This document shows positions 1 through 11,961 of a DNA stretch of 57,125 nt, in pieces. This DNA is from Emiliania huxleyi CCMP1516. Lineage: Eukaryota. A model generated the notes under the pieces. The model searched no databases. It had not been told where the DNA came from and was given only the letters and a program-made list of their open reading frames with translations. Every line of letters starts with the position of its first letter. Position 1 is the stretch's first letter. Both the position numbers and the translations under genes were made by a program. The stretch is taken from contig NW_005201223.1 in assembly GCF_000372725.1 (NCBI RefSeq), positions 160,361 through 217,485 on the forward strand. Reading direction: 5' to 3'.

Positions 1-2
1 CG

Positions 3-1963
3 TCACCACCGCCGTCACCACCACCTCCACTGCCTCCTCCGCCCTCAGCGCCACCCTCGCCACCCCCACCGTCGGTGCCACCGCCATCACAGCCAGAGTG
101 TGCCGGCCCTAACAGTGGTTCATGGTACTTGGGCAATGCCGGTGACAGCTGCGTCCAAGTCTGCGACGCTCAAACAGCGCAGAGCGGGCCGAGACTCGTA
201 ACGACGAACGACGACTTATTCGCGCGGCGCTTTGAGTTAGATACCGTAGAAAAGGTGAACTCACTGTATCGCCAGGCAGACGGGAAAGATTGCTCGGATA
301 GCTCAGTAGTCGGCAGCAGCTTCAACAAGTATGCCCCTGCCGTGAATGGCGACAACGACTTCTGCATAGCAGTGAACAGTGCGGGTCAAACACTAGAGGA
401 CGTCGACATCACGCAGTCATCTACAAACCGGCGCAGATTCTGTTGGTGCTTTTGCTACATGCCTCCACGGTCCCCGCCACCGCCACCGCCATCACCGCCG
501 CCGTCGCCTCCGCCACCCTCGCCGCCTCCGCCCTCGCCGCCGCCGTCGCCACCGCCGTCCTCGCCAACTCCGCCACGTTCGCCACCGTTCTGCCCGACCG
601 GCATCGTCTTAGACCACAACGACGCAGACCCAGCATCGACCAAGACCAGCTTGGGCTCGCACGATTCACCATATGAGGTGTACGAGTACGTCGGCGGGCA
701 GTACGTCATCACAGCGACGCAGAGGCACACCTGGCTCCCTTTCACTGGTGGATCGGACGCTCCAGTTGGGACCCTCTACCTGTGCACGGTAAGTGCCCAC
801 GGCGGCTGGGGCGTGCATCAAGCCCACTGCTGCGACTGCACCGCGAGTGATCCTCTGAGCGCCTCTCGAACCAGCATGTACGGTCCGTCTGGCGGCTACA
901 CCTGCTACTATGACTGCACCGAGTGCACCGAAGCCATGTCGCCGCCCCCGCCGCTCTCACCATCGCCTTCACCGCCTCCGCCCTCGCCGCCGCCCCCGAG
1001 CCCGCCGCCTCCCTCGCCGCCGCCCTCGCCGCCTCCGCCAAGCCCGCCACCGAGCCCTCCCCCGCCCTCGCCGCCGCCGCCGTCGCCACCGCCCTCTCCG
1101 CCGCCGCCCTCTCCGCCGCCCTCGCCGCCGCCGCCGTCCCCGCCGCCCTCGCCGCCTCCGCCCTCTCCGCCCGCACACCACAACGCACCGCCGCCCTCGC
1201 CGCCGCCGCCCTCGCCGCCTCCACCGTCGCCGCCGCCCTCGCCACCGCCGCCCTCGCCGCCGCCGCCGTCGCCACCGCCCTCTCCGCCGCCGCCCTCGCC
1301 GCCGCCCTCGCCGCCTCCGCCAAGCCCGCCACCGAGCCCTCCCCCGCCCTCGCCGCCTCCGCCCTCTCCGCCCGCACACCACAACGCACCGCCGCCCTCG
1401 CCGCCGCCGCCCTCGCCGCCCCCACCGTCGCCGCCGCCCTCGCCACCGCCGCCCTCGCCGCCGCCGCCGTCGCCACCGCCCTCTCCGCCGCCGCCCTCGC
1501 CGCCGCCCTCGCCGCCGCCGCCGTCGCCACCGCCCTCTCCACCGCCGCCCTCGCCGCCGCCCTCGCCGCCGCCGCCGTCCCCGCCGCCGCCGTCCCCACC
1601 GCCCTCGCCGCCTCCGCCCTCGCCGCCCGCACACCACAACGCACCGCCGCCCTCGCCTCCGCCGCCCTCGCCGCCCCCACCGTCGCCGCCGCCCTCGCCA
1701 CCGCCGCCCTCGCCGCCCCCACCGTCGCCGCCGCCCTCGCCACCGCCTCCGTCGCCTCCGCCTCCGTCGGCACCGCCCTCGCCGCCTCCGCCCTCGCCGC
1801 AACCCTCGCCGCCGACGCCGAGCCCGCCGCCGCCATCGCCGCCGCCCTCGCCGCCTCCGCCAAGCCCGCCACCGAGCTCTCCCCCGCCGTCATCGCCGAC
1901 GCCGACAACACCGGCCTATCAGCAGCCGCCCTCGCCGCCGGCCTCGCCGACGCCGACGACGAC
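3..1963 (+). CDS. Ser-Pro-rich (extensin/pherophorin-like) surface glycoprotein with Cys-rich modules; 5'-partial, runs into assembly gap
   Basis: Frame open from window start. (SPPP/SPPPP)n tracts with 3 AHHNA units, a Cys-rich module WYLGNAGDSCVQVC...AP...FC...RRRFCWC and a second Cys-rich module (HCCDC...TCYYDCTEC). No introns seen. Confidence 0.75.
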
Positions 1964-2181
1964 NNNNNNNNNNNNNNNNNNNNNNNNNNNNNNNNNNNNN
2001 NNNNNNNNNNNNNNNNNNNNNNNNNNNNNNNNNNNNNNNNNNNNNNNNNNNNNNNNNNNNNNNNNNNNNNNNNNNNNNNNNNNNNNNNNNNNNNNNNNNN
2101 NNNNNNNNNNNNNNNNNNNNNNNNNNNNNNNNNNNNNNNNNNNNNNNNNNNNNNNNNNNNNNNNNNNNNNNNNNNNNNNNN
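1964..2181. other. Assembly gap (N run)
   Basis: Run of n. Confidence 1.
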
Positions 2182-2290
2182 NCCCGGCAATTCAGCCCAG
2201 CACAGCCCGTTAAAAAGGGCTACCCTGTGACGGCCTCATAGTTCTCATAGACAGCTCAACAAGGGTGTCCACGGCTGTAACGGACGCTGA

Positions 2291-2815
2291 TTGAACAGTC
2301 GACGAGTCTTTGCATCACCAACTCCATCAACGCCGCCGTCTGCACCACCGCACTCGCCGCTGCCGCCCTTTTTACCGCCGCCCTCATCTCCGCCATCGCC
2401 ACCGCCACCGCCCCCGCCGCCACCAAGCCCGCCGCCATCACCACCTCCTCCCTCGCCGCCGCCTCCCTCTCCGCCTCCGTCGCCACCTCCTCCGTCTCCA
2501 CCGCCCTCGCCACCGCCGAGCCCACCGCCCCGGATTGTGGTCGATATCGGGGATAATGTGACTACTACAGCTGCCTTTCTCATCCGGACGAAAAGATTCT
2601 ACGCGGTGCGGTACACTGGCAACGCCATCAGAGCAGGCGACTACACCACGTGGATCCCCTTGGAGTACGCTAACCAACATCCCGGCAGAGAGTGTGACCA
2701 GGCATTCAACACGTCGGCCTTCTCGATCACAAACAGCTTTGGGAATCGGGTCGATGGCGCATGGGATGGTATCATCGAAGACCACGGCGGTCTCGTCGAG
2801 CGAAAAGAACCGTGA
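2291..2815 (+). pseudogene. Second Pro-rich protein fragment (continuation or paralog of the upstream gene)
   Basis: SPPP tract followed by a globular segment (RIVVDIGDN...HGGLVERKEP). In-frame TGA at 2288 just upstream and no ATG. Confidence 0.45.
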
Positions 2816-3135
2816 CGAAAAACGAACAACGCACCAGGCGACTCTGTCTGAACGCGGGGGATCGAATCGTAGGAGGCACCTAGAGCAAAATTGAGCCCGC
2901 TCAGGTGTGAACTCCATCAAAAAATTAGTGGTCAACCTGCAGGGGGCCACTCGATTGCAGAGAGGTCCCCAGACGACGTCGCAGGGTAGATGACGGTTGA
3001 GCCGAGGGAGCGTCAGCGGTGGCCCATACCAGTAGCACATCACCGGGGGAATCACACACACACCGACGCCCGAAGTGCCAAGAATTAGACGAAACCTCGG
3101 AAGGCCATGGGCGCCGAGAGAACATTCCCCGAGAG

Positions 3136-3260
3136 GACAAAAGAATTTTACAACAAAATTCCCTCGCACGACACTGGGCACGGGACTAGCGCGCACTGGC
3201 ACTAACACAGGTACACAACGGGAGCCGCCTAAGCGACTCCCAGGACAAAAGAAAGACAGA
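3136..3260 (-). repeat. Interspersed repeat, module B of an unclassified retro-like family
   Basis: aagaattttacaacaaa...gcgcactggcactaacacaggtacac...gagccgcctaagcg is near-identical to 7076-7200. Related copies at ~5820-5860 and 32016-33100. Confidence 0.8.
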
Positions 3261-3560
3261 CCACCTCCTTCCCTGGTTTCCCTCGCTCGGCCTCGCGGCC
3301 TTCGCCAAATGTCGGGCCGTTCTCGGGGCATGCTATCCTTTGTAAGCAGGGCAGGTGGGGAAGGGGGGGCACCCCCCCTGGTCTGATACTGGGGTGTGGC
3401 TGTCTCTAGCGTCGGAGGCAAGGGAGAAGATAAGAATTTAATTTACCTTACGGGACAGTCGAAGCACGAAGGACAAATCAAAAAGGGGCTCAAGTGTCAA
3501 GAGTTCGCGCGCACACACAGTCACAGGTCTGGCACAGTGAACGGCACACGCCGTCTGCCC

Positions 3561-4163
3561 TCAATGATGTCTTCCCCTCCCCTTCCCCTTCTTGTGCGCC
3601 TTGTGCTCGTCCACCGTTTTGATCTCCTCGCGTTTCGCAGCGCGCGGGGGCGACTTGCCCTCGCGCCGCGGCTGGCTCTCCCTCTGGCTCTCCGCTGGTG
3701 TACTGCTCGACTTGCGGCGACGAATGGGTTTGTTGGTTTTGCGTGTGGCCGGAGGTTCCACTGGCTCGGCGGGAGGCTCCACGAGCTCATCGCTCGCGTC
3801 AAGCATCCGCACGGACATCCCTTTCCTGTGGGATAATCTGGGCAGTTCGCCGGCGTCTCCCGGCCGCGGTGCGTCTCCCGGCTCGAGGTCGCCAAACCTC
3901 GACGCTGCCTGGGCGAATATGGCGGCGACATCATCTGCGATAGCTTCGCTCGGCGGGATCGGCAGCGGCGGCGGCGGTGGCAGCTCGGCAACTTGCTGCC
4001 GCAACTCGAAGTTCACCGCGGCCAGTCGGGGTCGCGCGTGCACGTCGTCAAGTGCGAGCGGCGCGACGTGATACGCGTAGAAGCTAACGTACGCCAGCAG
4101 CAGCGCGCCGCCTACCACCGCGGGACCGCGGCGCCGTGTTCGCGACGGTGACGGCGGCAGCAT
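3561..4163 (-). CDS. Hypothetical protein with N-terminal TM anchor
   Basis: 200-aa ATG ORF with hydrophobic AVVGGALLLAYVSFYAY and a basic low-complexity C-terminus. Confidence 0.55.
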   Translation of the reverse strand: MLPPSPSRTRRRGPAVVGGALLLAYVSFYAYHVAPLALDDVHARPRLAAVNFELRQQVAELPPPPPLPIPPSEAIADDVAAIFAQAASRFGDLEPGDAPRPGDAGELPRLSHRKGMSVRMLDASDELVEPPAEPVEPPATRKTNKPIRRRKSSSTPAESQRESQPRREGKSPPRAAKREEIKTVDEHKAHKKGKGRGRHH

Positions 4164-4632
4164 TTTGTGTTATGTGAACACGTCACCGCTCGAGAAGCCG
4201 TTCACCCCACCCCGTCCGTCTTCACGTTGGGCCCAAGACGCACAAGCACGGACAGTCGAGAAACAGCAGCGACAGTTAGACAAAAACACAACCCCGGTCT
4301 GCACACAAAAACACAACCCCGGTCTTCACATCTATACACTATAGCTGGTGTGAGTCTCTCTCTCTCTCCCAACGCAGGCTAGGTAGGAGCCGACCGACCC
4401 GCCTCCGCTCACCAACGCGGGGGGGCCACCGCCCATGCGCCGCCCACGGCCCACACACCGCCTACGCCGGCCGTCGCCGGCAAACACACCGCAAACAACC
4501 GGAACGCCGGCCAGGGTCACCATCGGCCATCACGAGCCGTTCACAGACCTTTTGTTATGAAGAAGGGAACACCTCCTATGGCGCTGTGCGCTAGTCTATG
4601 GGAAGTTGAGGTGCGAGCCCTGGAGGCGTCCA

Positions 4633-4742
4633 CACAGCTCACAGCTCACAACACAGTTTTTATCCACAGAGCACAGCAGGGCACCCTCACAGATCACAGA
4701 GACACAGAGACAGATCACAGATCACAGCTCACAGCTCACAAA
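4633..4742 (+). repeat. Degenerate TCACAG(C/A) heptamer array
   Basis: cacagctcacagctcac...cacagatcacagatcacagctcacagctcaca. Confidence 0.7.
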
Positions 4743-4834
4743 CGACTTTAATTCATATAGAGACTACTCTAATACCCTCGAAAGATGTGCTCCCACGGTA
4801 GCACGGCGCCCTGTGCGCGTCTCTTTGCGCCCAC

Positions 4835-5575
4835 TCATCCTTCGAGGAGTGCAAACGGGTTGTGGCTCTTGGGCCCCCACGACGCCTCGAGCACGATGGG
4901 CAGTTCGCGGACGCCAATCTCGAACTCGCTCCCCTCGCCGAGCAGCACCTCCGGGTGGGCGTCCGCGTCGTTCAGCAGGCTCAGGACGACCGCAAAGCCC
5001 CTCTCCTCGAGGCAGCGCTGCAGCAGCGCCAGCAGCGGGTGCTTCGCCAGGTAGTCGCTCGGCAGCGGAACGTGGGCGCGGCGGGAGCCCAGCCGGTCGG
5101 CTGGGAGGACTTCAAAGAGTTCGTCCATCTCCGTGACAAAGACCGACGGGGCCATGTACTGCTCATAGCCCTACGGCGGTCACGGAAGCATCAAAAAAGT
5201 ATCACGAATGCGTCCGCCAGGGCAATGCAGGCCGCACGCCGGGACGCTCTGAAGAAGCACAGGCTGCACGAACATTTGGCCCGCACGGGCGGCACTCAGG
5301 GCCATTCGGCCGACCCTCTCGGCCAGCCGCTTGACGGCACAAGCGCGCTTGCTCTCTGCGAGCTCTTGCAGCGCCTCGGCCTCCGGCAGTCTCGGCACCA
5401 CCTGCACTTCACTCGCGATGATGCTCGTGACGTCCTCGTCCAGGCCGCTGCCCTGCAAGCCCGCCGCGACAGTGCCGTGCGCGAGGTGGAGGATTTGCGT
5501 GCGCACGGCCTCGCGCGACGCGAGGTCCTCCACTGTGAGCCCATCCAAGGCCTTTTCTAGCGCGCTGATCTGCAT
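4835..5575 (-). CDS. Hypothetical protein, 2 exons (GC-AG intron 5171-5239)
   Basis: Splicing ccg|gcgtgc...ccgtag|ggc joins the two minus ORFs in frame: MQISALEKAL...QSVP|GYEQYMAPSVFV...ALLEG*. Confidence 0.65.
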
Positions 5576-5909
5576 GTGGGTCGTCGTGTCACGCGTCAAG
5601 ATCAAACAGACTCGGCCGTCCCCGGGTGCTGTCTGTGGTCCATATTCGGGAATGTTCGTTCCATAGGTGAGTATTAAGGGAGCAGCTGAGTACACAAATC
5701 ATCTGTTCACACCTGAAGCGTCACACCAATCCTCGCTACCCAACGCGGCCAAAGGATATCCCCCTCGAGAACGAGAACACCTGAAGCAGAAGAATCTTAC
5801 CATACAAGCCTCTACGCAGCACACTGGCACGACAAGGGCTGGCGCGGACTGGCACCCACACGCAGAAGAAACGACGCGCGTCGTCTGTGCTCCCTTGGCC
5901 GCAAGGGTT

Positions 5910-6010
5910 AGGGTGGGCGACGGCTAGCACCACACCCCTCCTTAAAATCCCTGTGTGGTGGCGGCGTGCCGTCCTCCCATCCCCCGGCTCTTTTCTTTCT
6001 TTCTCTTCTG
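5910..6010 (+). repeat. Interspersed repeat, module A (3'-UTR-like, pyrimidine tail)
   Basis: gggcgacggctagcaccacac...aaaatccctgtgtggtggcggcgtgccgtcctcccatccc also occurs at ~39505-39600 (+) and 7205-7313 (-). Confidence 0.85.
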
Positions 6011-6023
6011 GCTTGACAGTGAC

Positions 6024-7049
6024 ATGCCCGAGCCCACCGCCACGTTCGCTGGATTCCGCTATGCTGCCGACCAGAGCCTGTGGGTGCGCGTCTCAGGAGG
6101 CGCTAGTATGCCAAACAGCCTCGGCCGCCCGCTCCAATTTGCGACTCTCAACTGCCTGCACGACCTGGGCGACGCGGAGCTGCTCCAGCATGAGCGCCGG
6201 CACGAGTCAATCCTGCTCGAGCTTGCGGCGCTGGACGCCGACGTCATCGGTCTCAACGAGGTGACGCGGCCGCTGCTCGAGCGCGTGCTTCTGGAGCCGT
6301 GGGTCAGGCGCAGCTTCACCGTGTCGGCGGTTCCGGGTGAGGCATGCTGCAGTCACCTCTCGACGCTGCAGGAGGGCAGCTTCGGCAACTTGCTGCTCTC
6401 GAAGATTGCGCCCGTCGCGGTGGCGTTTATTGAGCAGCCCGGCGACCGGCGGCACAGCCACGTGGCAACGCTGGACCTGTGCGTCGGCGGCCGGCGGCTC
6501 AGGGTCGCTGTGTGCTCGACGCACCTCACCGCGTTCCCTTGGCTGATGGAGGGCCGGCGCAGGACGCAGCTAGCACACGTCACTTCGGCGATGAAGGCGG
6601 CCGCGTTCGACGTCGCGTGCGTAATGGGCGACTTCAACTTTCATCGAGAGGCGGAGAACGCGAGCATCCCCGACGGGTGGGCCGAGCTGCCCGCGGTCGT
6701 GAGTCTAGGGGCGACGTGGGACTATGCTCGCAACGCCATGCTGCCGCACTACCTCCCGCTACGCAACATCTACAACGGGCTTGGGCTGGGCGAGCGCTTT
6801 GGCTGGCCTGGCCCCATGCGCCTCGACCGTGTGCTGGTTTGCTGCGCGGCCGGCGGGTGTGCCTGCGATCCGGGCGCGGCGCGCATCTTCGCGGACCAGC
6901 CGGTTCACGAGCGCGCGCGAGGGCGGCCGCCACTGCCGCAGACGGGGCGCGAGCTCAGCGAGGCGCACCGCTCGCTGCCCTGGGAAGAGTACTTGCACCC
7001 CTCGGACCACTTTGGCATCTCGTTTGAGCTTGTGCTAGGGCGCGTTTGA
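6024..7049 (+). CDS. Endonuclease/exonuclease/phosphatase (EEP) family protein, TDP2-like
   Basis: EEP motifs in order: ATLN, DVIGLNEV, GNLLLSK, STHL, MGDFN, RLDRV, PSDHFG. Intronless. Confidence 0.85.
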   Translation: MPEPTATFAGFRYAADQSLWVRVSGGASMPNSLGRPLQFATLNCLHDLGDAELLQHERRHESILLELAALDADVIGLNEVTRPLLERVLLEPWVRRSFTVSAVPGEACCSHLSTLQEGSFGNLLLSKIAPVAVAFIEQPGDRRHSHVATLDLCVGGRRLRVAVCSTHLTAFPWLMEGRRRTQLAHVTSAMKAAAFDVACVMGDFNFHREAENASIPDGWAELPAVVSLGATWDYARNAMLPHYLPLRNIYNGLGLGERFGWPGPMRLDRVLVCCAAGGCACDPGAARIFADQPVHERARGRPPLPQTGRELSEAHRSLPWEEYLHPSDHFGISFELVLGRV

Positions 7050-7059
7050 ATATGACTCT

Positions 7060-7980
7060 ATAAAGATAAAAGAACAAGAATTTTACAACAAAACTCCCTC
7101 GCACAACACTGGGCACGCCGGCACGGGACTGGCGCGCACTGGCACTAACACAGGTACACCACGGGCGAGCCGCCTAAGCGCGACTGTGCCGGCGACTCCT
7201 GCGAGGAACAAGAAAGACAACCCAAGCGGGAGGGATGGGAGGACGGCCGAGACGCCGCCACCACACAGGGATTTTTAGGAGAGGAGTGTGGTGCTAGCCT
7301 CTAGCCGTCGCCCATTCTTGTGCCGGTTGTGGCGTTGTGGGCGCGTCTGCCTATTTCCACACTCTATGCTCTACGTATGGTCTAGCATGCACTATCTTCT
7401 CTCTTCGCAGTCTCTCGCCGAGAGCGGCTCGCACTCGTGGCACGCAGGCGCCGACAGACGGCGCCGGGGCTAGGCGACCGAAGAGGAACTACGGCAAGAA
7501 CCGCACACCACCCGTTGACGAGCGCTCGCGGAACTGGTCCGCGGCGCCCGCCAGGGGCGTGCGCGAGACAGGGCTCGGAGCCCTTTTCTGTGAGCAGGGA
7601 TTCCCTCCCGGCGGGGGTTGTGGCGGAGAGCCGGCATGGGAATCGCCCGCCCCCACCCACGTCGGCACTGTCCCTGAGTGTGTCCCGCCTTGGCGGCACA
7701 CACTCTCGACGAGGACAGTCCTGCCTACGGGAACGTGTCGCGTGCCGGCGACGGTTGCGGCGTGGTCGTTGTCTGTACGAAGCGACGATGGCACGACCAC
7801 CGCCCTGCATCGCAGACCGGGCAAGGAGGGGCCTGCTCCCTATTCGCGGAACAGGAGATCTTTCCTCCTCCCCCGGCCTGGGCAGCTACGGGTGGAAGGC
7901 AGCCCCTTGAGTCGAGGGCGGCGCGACCATTGCTCTGCTCCAAAGACCAGAGGCCGAGGTCAGTGCAGATGGTCGCGCCG
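7060..7980 (-). mobile_element. Degraded 3' part of unclassified retro-like element (ORF end + modules A and B)
   Basis: Minus-strand gagactgcgaagagagaagatag (~7392-7414) matches gaaactgcgaagagagagatag at 39462-39483 and is followed by modules A and B. Distal boundary approximate. Confidence 0.55.
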
Positions 7981-8192
7981 CCCCGCTCCGCGTCGCCCGC
8001 CGCCGCGCCGCGCCGCCGCCCGATGATTATTAATTCAGTATTAATTAATTAATAAGTAATTATACCACCCGCCGCCGCGCCGCCCCGCCCTGCGTCGCCC
8101 GCTGCCTCGCCGCGCCGCCGCCTCGCGCCGCCCGCCGCCGCGCCGTGCCGCCGCCCGATATTATAATTAATAATTATTACCCGATCATTAAT

Positions 8193-8194
<2 letters not shown>

Positions 8195-8265
<71 letters not shown>
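8195..8265. repeat. (TG)n microsatellite
   Basis: Perfect TG run. Confidence 0.98.
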
Positions 8266-8269
<4 letters not shown>

Positions 8270-8945
8270 GCGATGGCAGGGAAGGGCAGGGCAGCCGCGA
8301 GCGGCAAGTGGCGTCGACGACGCGGCGCGGACACGATGGTGACGCCCACAGCGCAGCGTGCGCGGCAGCAGCGCCGCCGGCGGCCCCACGCCGCATCAGC
8401 GGCGCTCTGAGTGAGTCAGGCTGCGCTGCACAGCCTGCTGAGCACGCTCCCGACGAGCAGCGCGCCACGCGGGCCCGCCGCAGGCGACGCGGGCGGCGAG
8501 CCGACACGCGTGTCGCAGGCGTAGGCAGCGCTGGCGAAGCGAGGCGGCCGGCGCCGGCCCCCGCAGGCGGTTGCAGCGAGAGAAGCGATGTAAAAGACAC
8601 TCACTGTTGAAAGGGTGTTCGGGAAACTAGAGAGGAAACGAGAGGGTGCTGTGGAGAAACACCGAAAGGAAACGAGACGGGGTGCGCGAGGAAACATGGA
8701 TACAGCCTAAAAAGGGCGGGGAGCTGGGGAGCGGCCTGCCGTCGAGCAGCACGCCGCGCGAGCCCGCTGCCGGCGACCCGATCGAGAGCTCGTAGTCATG
8801 GTACTATTCAGCGCGCCATCGCGCCCGAGACGGCCCGCCCTGGCCCTGTAGGCCTTCCCAGACGCTCGTACTCGTCTTTTATTCCAGACTGCAGGCGTGG
8901 CAGGCGGGCGCAGCAGCGCCTCTCCAGCCCCTCCCAAAAAACACG

Positions 8946-10362
8946 ATGGCCACCGAAGCGGCAGTCACCGCGGAGGAGGAGGCGGACCTCGAGACGCTCG
9001 ATGTCGGGGAGGGCGATGCGGGCGAGGAGGGCGTCGACGAGGAGCTCGAGGCGATGAAGAAGAAGGTCAAGGAGATGGAGGACGAGGCGGAAAAGCTCAA
9101 CAAGATCCAAAACGAGGTCGAGGAGCAGCTCAACGAGGGCGAGGGCGTCGAAACGAACGAGGCGGACGGGCGCTCGATCTACATCGGCAACGTCGATTAC
9201 TCGGTCACGCCCGAGGAGCTGCAGGAGCACTTTGCAGAGTGCGGCACCGTGAACCGTGTCACGATCCTGTGCGACAAGTTCCGCAACCCGAAGGCGCGCG
9301 ACCCCGCCGCGTGTCGCGCCGGCGGAGCGCCCGGGCCGCCGCCGCCCGCCCTGCTCCGCCGCCGTCCGCTTCCGCCGCCCGAGAGAGGGAGGGAACGACC
9401 GGCAGAGGGTGCAGAGGATGCAGCAGCGGCTGTCCGGCCGCCGCCGCTCACCCAACCGCCGCGTCGCCGCGTCGGCCGCGTCGGCCGCCGGCCCCTCCGC
9501 CCCGCTGCTGCCTCGCGGCCTCTCTCCGCCGCCTCGCGCCCCACCTCTCCCTCCCCAAACTGCAGCCTCCCCCTGCAGCCCGCGCGCGCCTGCAGCCCCG
9601 CCCGCTCGCCTACTCCTGCGCCTCGCCTCGCCCGCAGGGGTACGCGTTTGTGGAGTTTGCCGAGGAGGCGGCGGTGGAGGCGGCGGTGGCGCTCAACGAC
9701 ACCGAGCTCAAGGGGCGGCAGATCAAGGCGCGGCGGCGGGGAGCGGGGAGCGGGGGAGGAGGGCAGCGGGGCTCTTTGCAGGGGCGGCACCTGCCGGCCG
9801 CACCTCTTGGCCGCACAAGAGGCTGTAGTCTCTGGAGGCTGCCTTCACGCGGTATGCACTGCGCCCCACCCCGCGGCGCCCGCCCCCCCCCTCCCGCAGG
9901 TGGTTGCCAAGCGGACCAACGTCCCCGGCATGAAGGGCGGAAAGGGCGGCAAGGGCAAGGGGCGGGGGCGCGGCAAGGGGTACGGCAAGGGCAAGGGCTA
10001 TGGGGGGTACCGGCCGTTTTACCGGCCGCGCTACCGCGGGAGAGGCGCATCCCCCCCCCCCCCCCCCCCGTTCGGGCTCGGGGACTTTGGGAGCGAAGTG
10101 GAGGCGCGCCACCCCGCTTGCGGGCCAGGCCCTTCCCTCCCTTTTTCCCTCCTCTTGGCCCTCCCTCTTCCTCTCCCTTTTCCCTCCTTCTTCCCTCCCT
10201 CTTCCCTCCCTCTTCCCTCCCTCTTCCCTGCTTCTTCCCTCCCTCTTCCCTCCCTCTTCCCTCCTTCTTCCCTGCTGGCCCCTCCCTCGTTCCCCCCTCC
10301 CCCCCCCGGCAGGGAGTGACCCCTCCCCGCCACTCCGCGCGGCAGGCTACCGGCCCTACTAA
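8946..10362 (+). CDS. PABPN1: Nuclear poly(A)-binding protein 2 (PABPN1-like); exons 8946-9293, 9638-9727, 9900-10044, 10346-10362
   Basis: Acidic coiled coil [22 protein letters not shown] ([10 protein letters not shown]...NPK|GYAFVEF), [10 protein letters not shown]-rich tail ending YRPY. Three GC-AG introns. Confidence 0.95.
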
Positions 10363-11087
10363 GCCTCTCCTGCCGCCGCCACTGCTGCTGCCCCTGCCGC
10401 CTGCCTTCTCCTCTCTAGCTCCTCGCCGGCGCCGGCCCCTCCGCTGGACTGGCGCGAGGGCTGCGCGCGCCGCCGGTGCGTGTCGCTCGAGGCCCGCGGC
10501 GAGGCTGAGACACGCGACTTGCGCGGTCTGGCTAGGGCTCTGCGTGCGGGCTTTCTCGCGCGCAGCTCGAGAGCTTGCACAGTTGCACACAGCTGCTCTC
10601 TAATTCGCTATATCTTGCTTGGCGTCCCGCGCCGCGCGCGCCCCACACTGATCACACTGTCCCGCATGTTCGGTCGCCTCTTCCGTGTTCTCGTCTCTAC
10701 CCCCGTCACGCGTCAGAGTCTTGACGCAGTTTTTCGTAGGTGTTGTTGTTTAACAAAGGGGAGGAGGCGGGATCGCGCGATGGTGAATAGACACCGCGGC
10801 GAGTGAGCACTAATGTGTGAGCCGATCACCGATGCCGCGATGGACACAGCACACACACGATGACACGCTCTCGAACCACGAACGCGCTCTCCGTGTCGCC
10901 GTGTGGTGTGTGCCGCCACAAACCCTTTTCGGGTCCCCGCCGGGCACCGCTCGACCCCGAGTCCGCCGTGTGAAATGGTGTGCGCCTGCGCCGGCGCGCC
11001 GCCACGACACGTAACCGCGCAGAGACATAGACATGCAAAGGGGAGGGTGCAGGGATGAGGGAGGAGACGGCCTCCTCCTCCTCTGCT

Positions 11088-11737
11088 TTACCAGCCGGCC
11101 GAGGAGGTCTTGATGACGTAGGCGGCGACGTTGGCGATGTCGTCGTCCGAGAGCCGGCCGCCGAAGGCGGGCATCGCGTTCTTGCCGTTGGTCACCTGCG
11201 GGCGAGGGGGGTCGGAGGTGTGAAGAGCCAGGAGGAGGTGGAGGAAAGAGGCGCTGTCGGCGGTGACGGCGGTGAGGCTGGCTCCGAGAGGGAGGTGGGA
11301 GCGGAGCGGCGGGCCATCGGGTGCGTGGGGTGGGTAGGGCGCAGGGCGCCTGCTTCATCACGGACTTCTCGTTGAAGCCGCCGTCCAGGTACTCCTCCAG
11401 CGCCTCCTTCTGCGAGCGGCGGGGCGCACACGGCGCGGCGCGGTGAGGGGAGAAGGCGAGATTGTGGCAGGGCCAAGCCGGCGCCGGGCGCACACACCTC
11501 CAGCGTCTTCTCCGGCATGATGACGTTCTGTCCGCCCGCGTGGCACGCCGCACAGTTGCCTGAGAAAACCTGCTCGCCGGCGCCGACATCGCCGGCGAAC
11601 GCAGACATCGGGTTGGCGGCGAGGACGGCGGCGGCGGTGAAGGCCGGGGCGGCGGCCTTGAACACGTCGACCGCGTGGAGTTTGGTGGTATGCGGCGCGT
11701 TGAATGAGAGAGTGGCGGCGGCACCGAGGCTGAACAT
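11088..11737 (-). CDS. petJ: Cytochrome c6, nucleus-encoded with plastid/thylakoid targeting presequence; exons 11498-11737, 11350-11409, 11088-11195
   Basis: [16 protein letters not shown] (CxxCH), [13 protein letters not shown]...[30 protein letters not shown]-terminal signal (..LSF) plus lumen peptide ending SAFA. Confidence 0.97.
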
Positions 11738-11961
11738 GATCTCTTGCGGCGTGGAACCCGTTAATGAATAAAAAAATGAATCCGCACCTCAGCGGAGTGG
11801 GAAGAGGACCGCCGCAAGCGGCGTGGCGTGGAGCGGTTGTGCATCCCTCCGGGGGCCCCTCTGCGCCGGGGAGGCGTTGTTGGAGGCTAGGACGCAAGCG
11901 TCCGTCGCCCTTTTCAAACTCGGGGCCCACTCCGCTACGCTCCGACCCGAATTTGGAGGGC

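Noticed and set aside
742..2241. Long alternative-frame and antisense ORFs (poly-Ala/Arg/Gly), here and throughout the window
   Set aside because: Shadows of GC-rich repeats with few stop codons
6024..7049. APE endonuclease of a LINE
   Set aside because: Stand-alone ORF with its own stop and no RT downstream; looks like a cellular TDP2-like EEP
8049..8610. ORFs with CVCV/HTHT runs (also 41152-41497)
   Set aside because: Translations of dinucleotide microsatellites
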